Shown: positions 1 to 5,363 of the stretch, piece by piece
Position numbering within the stretch: position 1 is the stretch's first letter
Layout: every line of letters begins with the position of its first letter
From: Pseudomonadota bacterium
GTDB taxonomy: Bacteria > Bdellovibrionota_G > JALEGL01 > DATDPG01
Reading direction: 5' to 3'
Length of the DNA: 12,985 bases
Assembly (NCBI GenBank): GCA_043804515.1
Contig: JAZDIZ010000032.1
Coordinates: 1 to 12,985 of the forward strand
Made by a program: the position numbers and the translations under genes
The notes under the pieces: model-generated
Told to the model about the DNA's origin: nothing
Seen by the model: only the letters and a program-made list of their open reading frames with translations
Database searches by the model: none

Positions 1-84
1 GTGAATGATTGAAGTGACCTCATCGTCACAAATACAACATTCTGGCTCGTAAGAAGCCGCCATGTAAGAAACGAGCGGGTCCAT
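1..84 (-). CDS. Probable 5' end of a gene running off the left edge (MDPLVSYMAASYEPECCICDDEVTSIIH...), product unknown
   Basis: ATG at 84 with GGAGG (92-96, minus strand) 7 nt upstream; the frame is open to the window edge; a sigma-54 promoter lies at 133-147 on the same strand. An alternative ATG at 89 in another frame (MGWTRSFLTW...) is also open, so the frame is uncertain. Confidence 0.4.
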   Translation of the reverse strand, partial: MDPLVSYMAASYEPECCICDDEVTSIIH

Positions 85-132
85 CCCATTACCTCCGCTC
101 CGGCACCGCCCCATCCCGCCAGGCCCCGCTTC

Positions 133-147
133 GCAAGTCACGTTCCA
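133..147 (-). promoter_or_regulatory. Sigma-54 (-24/-12) promoter
   Basis: Minus strand reads TGGAACG-TGAC-TTGC versus consensus TGGCACG-N4-TTGC: one mismatch, exact GG-N10-GC spacing. It is intergenic, with predicted +1 near 121 just upstream of an SD/ATG. Confidence 0.7.
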
Positions 148-181
148 GTCCGGTCGCCTGTGCCACTGCAACCGAAGACCG

Positions 182-197
182 TTAGACGCTCGTCTAA
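182..197. promoter_or_regulatory. Perfect inverted repeat, candidate operator for a dimeric transcription factor
   Basis: TTAGACG-CT-CGTCTAA (7-2-7) in a divergent intergenic region, next to an AT-rich tract (195-213). Confidence 0.5.
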
Positions 198-306
198 TTA
201 TAAATAGAAAGAAGAGCGCAACGCGTGACCATGTTCGCCCCCGTTCGTCCCTTTTGCGTTGCTTGACGCACCGTGCTATGTGAGCGACCGAGATTCGGAG
301 GCTGTC

Positions 307-888
307 GTGAAAAAGAATTTAATGTGCTCCGTGGTTGTCCTGGGAGTGTTCGCGTCGGCAACGTTTTTATCGGAAGTCTTTGCCGGAGGACATTCCCGCG
401 AGGATACAACTTACGCTGAGCAATCTGTGGTCAAGACGAATCGCTATCCCGTTGTCGAGACATCTCCAAGCAGCTGGGCGTCCTTTGATGACTTCATGAA
501 AGCCGTTGAGGACCAGTTAAAACAAATGGACGCGTGTCACTATTCAGTCCATCCGAACACGCGACCAGGCAGGAATGACATCGGTTCCCAAGTCGCCGTT
601 ATAGGGACTGTCGTGTTCGGCATCGTCGCCATTGTTGCTCGGGGAGCCAACGCGCATGTCGAGCGTCTTGGCTTGACTGCCGCCGGCCTTTGTTTCTTCG
701 GAGGCTTGTTCTATGAGGTTTGGAGAGGGGAAACATTTTCCACTTGGGAACTTCTTTTCGCGGATCACGACAACGTTCCGGTTGAAATGTATCGCATCAC
801 CGATGTTCGTCGCGGAGAGCAGTTCAACAGGGTTCGTGATCTTCTTTTGCGATACGGAATCTCAGTGAGCGCCGTCGCGTCTCGCTAA
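307..888 (+). CDS. Hypothetical exported/membrane protein (~193 aa)
   Basis: GTG start at 307 with GGAGG at 297-301. MKKNLMCSVVVLGVFASATFLSEVFA looks like a Sec signal peptide. Two internal hydrophobic segments (QVAVIGTVVFGIVAIVA; LGLTAAGLCFFGGLFYEVW). No family recognised. Confidence 0.65.
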   Translation: MKKNLMCSVVVLGVFASATFLSEVFAGGHSREDTTYAEQSVVKTNRYPVVETSPSSWASFDDFMKAVEDQLKQMDACHYSVHPNTRPGRNDIGSQVAVIGTVVFGIVAIVARGANAHVERLGLTAAGLCFFGGLFYEVWRGETFSTWELLFADHDNVPVEMYRITDVRRGEQFNRVRDLLLRYGISVSAVASR

Positions 889-919
889 CACTTGAGCCGA
901 GAAGCCTCTTCCATTTATC

Positions 920-955
920 AAAGAGAAAACTTGCGCAAGAGGCGGAACAGCCGCC
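920..955 (-). terminator. Possible intrinsic terminator between the convergent csp gene and ORF 307-888
   Basis: GGCGG-CTGTT-CCGCC hairpin (955->941) followed on the minus strand by TCTTGCGCAAGTTTTCTCTTT. The U-tract is imperfect. Confidence 0.35.
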
Positions 956-1075
956 GTCATGAAAAGGCGCTCTGGCCTAGATCGTCCGGCCGACGGGTTG
1001 GGGGGCCCCGCGGCGAAAACTTGCAGCCGTGGGGGTGCACAACCCGACGGCCCGAACACAGGCAAGGAAAACTTG
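925..1075. repeat. Three direct copies of GAAAACTTG (CAAGTTTTC on the minus strand)
   Basis: Exact 9-mers at 925-933, 1015-1023 and 1067-1075. Confidence 0.9.
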
Positions 1076-1083
1076 TGGGCGGG

Positions 1084-1287
1084 CTAGCCTTCTACTTTGC
1101 GCACGTTAGCGGCTTGGGGGCCTTTCGGGCCGGTTGTGACGTCGAACTCGACGTGATCCCCTTCATAGAGGGTCTTGAAGCCTTCGCTCGTGATGCCGCT
1201 GTAGTGCACGAAGACGTCGGTCCCATCCTCTTTCGTGATGAAACCGTAACCCTTCTTCTCGTTGAACCACTTAACCTGACCTTTCAT
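1084..1287 (-). CDS. cspA: Cold-shock protein (CspA family, 67 aa)
   Basis: [17 protein letters not shown]...DVFVHYSGI...[10 protein letters not shown] contains RNP1 (KGYGFI) and RNP2 (VFVHY). ATG at 1287 with AAGGAG at 1294-1299. The symbol denotes the family, not a specific paralogue. Confidence 0.97.
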   Translation of the reverse strand: MKGQVKWFNEKKGYGFITKEDGTDVFVHYSGITSEGFKTLYEGDHVEFDVTTGPKGPQAANVRKVEG

Positions 1288-1430
1288 GAACGGCTCCTTA
1301 ATCCGAAAGTGGGCGCATTCCATTCCCTTCCAGACGCACACGCGTGCCTTGGGAGTACTGATTACGAAAGCTTTCTGGGAGTTCAAAGTGAATCGCGGGA
1401 CTCTTTCGGGTGAAACAATGTTACCCACTC

Positions 1431-1460
1431 ATTATATGAAAGCGGCCCGATCGCTGTCAA
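1431..1460 (-). promoter_or_regulatory. Sigma-70 promoter of the csp gene
   Basis: Perfect TTGACA (1460-1455), 18-nt spacer, perfect TATAAT (1436-1431). Predicts +1 near 1424 and a ~135-nt leader. Confidence 0.85.
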
Positions 1461-1481
1461 AAGCGCGATTTTCCCATGCTT

Positions 1482-2588
1482 CTAGAAGGTTAGGCGCGCG
1501 CCTGCATATGCCAGGCTCCGATGGTACGAGACGGGCTGGTCGCTCGCGCCGCTGGAGTACAGCGTGTATTTCGTTTCAAATGCCCACCGTTTAGTCGGGT
1601 GGATCGTGAATTTCACCAGGATTTGGTTGAAGTTGTCGTCCTCGGCTCCCGTCAGGAGGTAGCGGCGCCCTTCCTGTGTCTCGACAACGACGGATGGATA
1701 CTTCCGGAACTGAAAGGCGCCGATCAGATGGACGGCGAACAGCGTCGAAGGTACGCCTTCGAACGACGCCGACAGCGGTTCCTCCTTCCGCTCGCCGAAC
1801 GGAAGCGAAACCGTCACGGTCACGCGGTGGTTCTTGAAGGAAAACGAGGGGTCGTTCGACGTGGAGTCTTCGTAGATATACCGGGCGGTGATGTACGGGA
1901 GGCCCAGATATTGAACCAACCCGGATATTTCGTGCTCCCGGTCGGCGCGGGTTGTGTCCAGGAACTGCGTTCCGAAGTACGCGTACTGCGCTCCGATCGC
2001 CAAGAAAGGAAACAGCGTCTTTCGGACGAGAACGCCTCCTTTTTCCAGGTAATAGCTGTAAGTCGGGATCGTCCGGAACCGGTAATAGGTGAAAAGGCCG
2101 AACGGCTCGAGACTTACGCCTGCGGGCAGCCCCCAGCGCATCTGGATTTGGCCTGACGGGGAATAGAAATCCTCGTTGATGTCCGAGGCCAACGCCGGGT
2201 CGGGATTGTCCAAGGCGGAGCTCTCACGCTGATACTTGAAGTCGGAACTCAACGTGACGGAAAAGCGCTCATTGGGAGCCCAGGTGAACGGGACGGCGAT
2301 GTACTGGATCAGGCGGTTCTTTTCCGTGTGGCGGAAGAAAAGCTTGCCCCCCAGCTGGAAATTCCATCCCGTGAACCAAGCGTCGGAAAGGGCCACGGTC
2401 GCGTGACTTCCGAACAGAAGCCTGGCCAACGTGTCCTTTGTGGGGGTGGTGTATGTGCGGAAGATGTTGGAATCGTACTCGGGGCCGGCCTGGAGCGAGT
2501 TTTCGATTTTGAAGCGAGGAGGCCTCTCCTGCGCCTCGGAAAAGGAAGGGACGAGGAGGCACAGAAGGACGACGAGAAGGGGGATCAC
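1482..2588 (-). CDS. Putative outer-membrane beta-barrel protein (368 aa)
   Basis: N-terminal hydrophobic signal peptide (…SFSEA|QE); many alternating aromatic/hydrophobic beta-strand-like segments; C-terminal YAGARLTF ending in Phe, resembling a BAM beta-signal. Confidence 0.8.
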   Translation of the reverse strand: MIPLLVVLLCLLVPSFSEAQERPPRFKIENSLQAGPEYDSNIFRTYTTPTKDTLARLLFGSHATVALSDAWFTGWNFQLGGKLFFRHTEKNRLIQYIAVPFTWAPNERFSVTLSSDFKYQRESSALDNPDPALASDINEDFYSPSGQIQMRWGLPAGVSLEPFGLFTYYRFRTIPTYSYYLEKGGVLVRKTLFPFLAIGAQYAYFGTQFLDTTRADREHEISGLVQYLGLPYITARYIYEDSTSNDPSFSFKNHRVTVTVSLPFGERKEEPLSASFEGVPSTLFAVHLIGAFQFRKYPSVVVETQEGRRYLLTGAEDDNFNQILVKFTIHPTKRWAFETKYTLYSSGASDQPVSYHRSLAYAGARLTF

Positions 2589-2602
2589 AAAGGAGGACTC
2601 AG

Positions 2603-4024
2603 CTATTTCAGCTGGACCCGTTCAAACTTTTGCGTGAGTTCGTGCAGGCGCCGAAGAATATCCTGGGTCATCCTCATCCTTTCTTCCAAACGCGCGATCT
2701 GTGTATCGCCGGAAGATAAAACCTCGGCCGAGGGCTCGCGGGTCTGCCGGATCGGGACGCCGAAGGCCTTGGCCAGCTGCCTTAGGGCGTCAGGTTCCGA
2801 TTCGCCGGAAGGTGCGGTTGCCGAAGACAGAGGCAAGGCGTTCAGGCGGGTGGCCGCATTCTGCGAAGTTTCTGCGGTCGCGCCTGCAACTTGATCCGCT
2901 ACAGCCGGAGCAGAGCTGTCCTTGGAAGGAATTATGGAGCTGGCGGACTTGTCGACCGGGGCGGAGCCTGCGTTCTGCCCGGATGCCGGGGCGTTGGCCG
3001 GGGAGCCGGCGGACTTGTCGATTGGGCCGGCCGCAGTGGTTGCTCCGGTCGTGACCGAGCCGCCAGGACTTGCCGGAGGGGCCGCTCCGACAGGCCCGGT
3101 CGCGCTTGCAGCGGTTGTCGCACCGGAAGATTCACCCACGGTCGCCGAAACGGGTTGCGTCGAGCCGGCCGCTGTGTTCGCGGCATCCTTGGGCGTTGAG
3201 GGGTTTTTCGTCCCCGCGTCGATCGCCGTCCGGCCTTGGTTCACAAGATCCGTCTTGGAAGCCCGGGGCGGGCCGTTGTGAACGAACCCCTGTTCGCCGA
3301 AAAAAGCCTCCTCTTCAAGAAGATGGCCGAGTTCGGAACGCACAAAACGCTGCCGCCGCGCTTGCTTGAGGTCGGCGGACACGGCAGCCAGCTCCCGCAC
3401 CAACCGCCGCTCAAAATCTTTAAGGGCGTTCAGCCTCTCACTTAAGTCGTCGGAGTTGCCCCGCCCGGCCTTGAGGTCGCCCACGGTAGCCGGAAGAGAG
3501 GGGATCAAGGGCTCGATCGCCAGCTGCATGCGCAGGTACGAAAGCCGTTCCATCTCCGTAAGGGCTTCGCGGCGCGCCTCCCGGTTTGTCGAGGGCTTCG
3601 CGGCGATTTTCTCCCACTCTTCCATGGCTCGATCGAGAGCGCCCGCCATGGAGTGTCGCGTGGCCGCGAGTTCGGCAGCCAAGTCCGCCCTCTCGAGGGT
3701 CAGGCGGTCCAATCGGTTCGAGACCTGCTGGGCCTCCTTGAGCTGCGATTCGAGCCGGTAGCCTTGGAGAAGCGAAGAGCCGCTCTTCTGCTTGGCCTTG
3801 ATGCGCGAGATCGAAGAAGTCAATCGGTCGAGATGGGCGGACACGTCCTGGATCTGGGCATTCCGGCCCTCGATCTGTTTGAGGAGCTGGTCTTGCCGGC
3901 CTTCCAAACCCTTGAAATCGGACTGCGCGAACAAGAGGGACGGGGACAGCAAGGAGAAAAGAACTAAAGGCGCAAGGAAAGCGCAATACGACGGAATTCC
4001 TCTAATCCTTCGTGTGAATCCCAT
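2603..4024 (-). CDS. Exported coiled-coil protein with a long Ala/Gly/Ser/Thr/Pro-rich linker (~473 aa)
   Basis: ATG at 4024 with GGAG at 4029-4032; signal peptide ending LLFA|Q; heptad-rich helical N-terminal half; low-complexity linker (~3215-2795); C-terminal amphipathic helix (IARLEERMRMTQDILRRLHELTQKFE). Confidence 0.8.
   Translation of the reverse strand: MGFTRRIRGIPSYCAFLAPLVLFSLLSPSLLFAQSDFKGLEGRQDQLLKQIEGRNAQIQDVSAHLDRLTSSISRIKAKQKSGSSLLQGYRLESQLKEAQQVSNRLDRLTLERADLAAELAATRHSMAGALDRAMEEWEKIAAKPSTNREARREALTEMERLSYLRMQLAIEPLIPSLPATVGDLKAGRGNSDDLSERLNALKDFERRLVRELAAVSADLKQARRQRFVRSELGHLLEEEAFFGEQGFVHNGPPRASKTDLVNQGRTAIDAGTKNPSTPKDAANTAAGSTQPVSATVGESSGATTAASATGPVGAAPPASPGGSVTTGATTAAGPIDKSAGSPANAPASGQNAGSAPVDKSASSIIPSKDSSAPAVADQVAGATAETSQNAATRLNALPLSSATAPSGESEPDALRQLAKAFGVPIRQTREPSAEVLSSGDTQIARLEERMRMTQDILRRLHELTQKFERVQLK
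2936..3021. repeat. In-frame imperfect direct repeat (66-bp period) inside the low-complexity linker
   Basis: GGAGCTGGCGGACTTGTCGA (2936-2955) vs GGAGCCGGCGGACTTGTCGA (3002-3021), 19/20 identical; encodes P[I/V]DKSA[G/S]S twice. Confidence 0.8.
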
Positions 4025-5363
4025 ATTTCTCCAACTTATAGTACAGCGCACTGGTCTTGATTCCTAGCAGCTCCGCCGTTTTTGTCTTGACCCGCCCGGC
4101 GTCCTCGTAGGCCCGGAGAATGAGCTGTTTTTCGAGCCTGTCCAGCGCCTCGTTCAGCGCAAGCCTGTTGGAGGGCATCTGGGGACTTTCGCGGTTCCCG
4201 GCCTCGTTCAGGCCCTCTGGAAGTTCCGGAAGATCGATCACGTTCCCCGGCGTCAGCACGTACAACCGCTCGATCAGGTGTTCCAGCTCGCGGATGTTCC
4301 CCGGCCAGTCGTGGGCCTTGAGGGCCAGATGAGCTTCCGGCGTGATCTCCAGCCTTCGCCCGCTCTTACGGGCGTGTTTCGCCAGAAAATGATCGATTAA
4401 GACGGGAATGTCCTCTCGCCTTTCCCTCAACGGCGGGACGCAGAGCGGAACGACCTGCAAACGGTAGAAAAGGTCCTCCCGGAAGCGCCCGGCCCGCACC
4501 TCCTCACCCAGATCCTTGTTGGTGGCGGCGAGTACACGCACATCCACGCGGATCGTTCGGGTCCCGCCGACGCGTTCGAACGAGCGATCCTGAAGAACCC
4601 GCAGGAGCTTGGTCTGCACGTGCGGCGGAATCTCCCCCACCTCGTCCAGGAAAATCGTGCCGGTGTCCGCCAGCTCAAACCGTCCGGGCTTGCGATGAGT
4701 TGCGCCCGTGAAAGCGCCGCGTTCGTGGCCGAAAAGCTCGCTTTCCAGAACACCCTCGGCGAGCGCTACGCAATCCACCTTGATGAAGGGTTTGTCGCAC
4801 CGCTTGCTCTGCGCGTGCAGGGCCCGTGCTACCAGTTCTTTTCCGGTTCCGCTTTCCCCGGTGATGAGGACGGTCGAATCGCTCGGAGCCACGCGGGCGA
4901 TCTGTGAGAGAAGGTTCTGCATCGGTTTCGAGCCCCCGGCCATGAAAGACGGCCGGTCCTTCTCGAGCTCGGCTTTGAGGAAAACGTTCTCTTCCCTGGT
5001 CTTCCCGTACTCCAGTCCTGAGCGGACTTTGAGCCGTAGCATTTCCGGCGAAAAGGGCTTCGTGATGAAATCGTAAGCGCCGAGCTTCATGGCCTCGACG
5101 GCGGTCTCGATGGTCCCGAAGGCCGTGATCACCATCACGAGCGCCTCGGGGGAGAGCTGGCGGATCCGCCGGAGAACCTCCATGCCGTCAAGATCCTCCA
5201 TTTTGAGGTCCGTGATCACGAAATCGGGCGTGCTTTGTTCGAACATCTCCACGCCCTTAAGGCCCCCGCCGGCCGTTCGGGCGTCATGCCCCATCCGCGA
5301 GAGGATCTGGGCGATGCCTTCACGCATGGTTTCGTTGTCTTCGATGACGAGGATCTGGGCCAT
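4002..5363 (-). CDS. Sigma-54-dependent response regulator, NtrC/AtoC/ZraR family (REC-AAA+-Fis HTH)
   Basis: REC domain (ILVIEDN, VITDLKM phospho-Asp, ITKPF); Walker A GESGTGKE; intact GAFTGA; Walker B FLDEV; RFREDLFYRL; WPGNIRELE; C-terminal HTH KTKTAELLGIKTSALYYKL. Confidence 0.97.
   Translation of the reverse strand: MAQILVIEDNETMREGIAQILSRMGHDARTAGGGLKGVEMFEQSTPDFVITDLKMEDLDGMEVLRRIRQLSPEALVMVITAFGTIETAVEAMKLGAYDFITKPFSPEMLRLKVRSGLEYGKTREENVFLKAELEKDRPSFMAGGSKPMQNLLSQIARVAPSDSTVLITGESGTGKELVARALHAQSKRCDKPFIKVDCVALAEGVLESELFGHERGAFTGATHRKPGRFELADTGTIFLDEVGEIPPHVQTKLLRVLQDRSFERVGGTRTIRVDVRVLAATNKDLGEEVRAGRFREDLFYRLQVVPLCVPPLRERREDIPVLIDHFLAKHARKSGRRLEITPEAHLALKAHDWPGNIRELEHLIERLYVLTPGNVIDLPELPEGLNEAGNRESPQMPSNRLALNEALDRLEKQLILRAYEDAGRVKTKTAELLGIKTSALYYKLEKYGIHTKD

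Larger units (their letters stand above)
904..1075. ncRNA. Candidate structured RNA / csp 3' UTR element
   Basis: Long rod-like hairpin: 988-992/1048-1052, 994-1000/1040-1046, 1006-1014/1026-1034, outer pair 975-978/1060-1063. Further stems at 941-945/951-955 and 904-910/937-943. Three GAAAACTTG copies. Confidence 0.4.

Noticed and set aside
43..57. Plus-strand TGGCTCG-TAAG-AAGC as a second sigma-54 promoter
   Set aside because: It has GG-N10-GC spacing but lacks the TT of TTGC, and it lies inside the probable minus-strand gene.
975..1063. Long hairpin as SRP RNA, 6S RNA or tRNA
   Set aside because: It lacks the SRP domain IV CAGG…GGAA…AGCAG motif, is too short and lacks the large central bubble of 6S, and has no cloverleaf or TTC loop.
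925..1075. GAAAACTTG repeats as a mini CRISPR array or type III antitoxin repeat
   Set aside because: The repeats are only 9 nt with unequal periods (90 and 52 nt), and no cas or toxin gene is recognisable nearby.
892..1413. Plus-strand 173-aa ORF and minus-strand 862-1065 ORF across the csp region
   Set aside because: The plus ORF is largely antisense to csp and both cross the hairpin-rich intergenic region. Neither has a convincing SD or protein-like composition.
1288..1428. N-terminal extension of the csp ORF to 114 aa
   Set aside because: A strong SD precedes ATG 1287, the family length is ~67 aa, and the extension coincides with the predicted 5' UTR.
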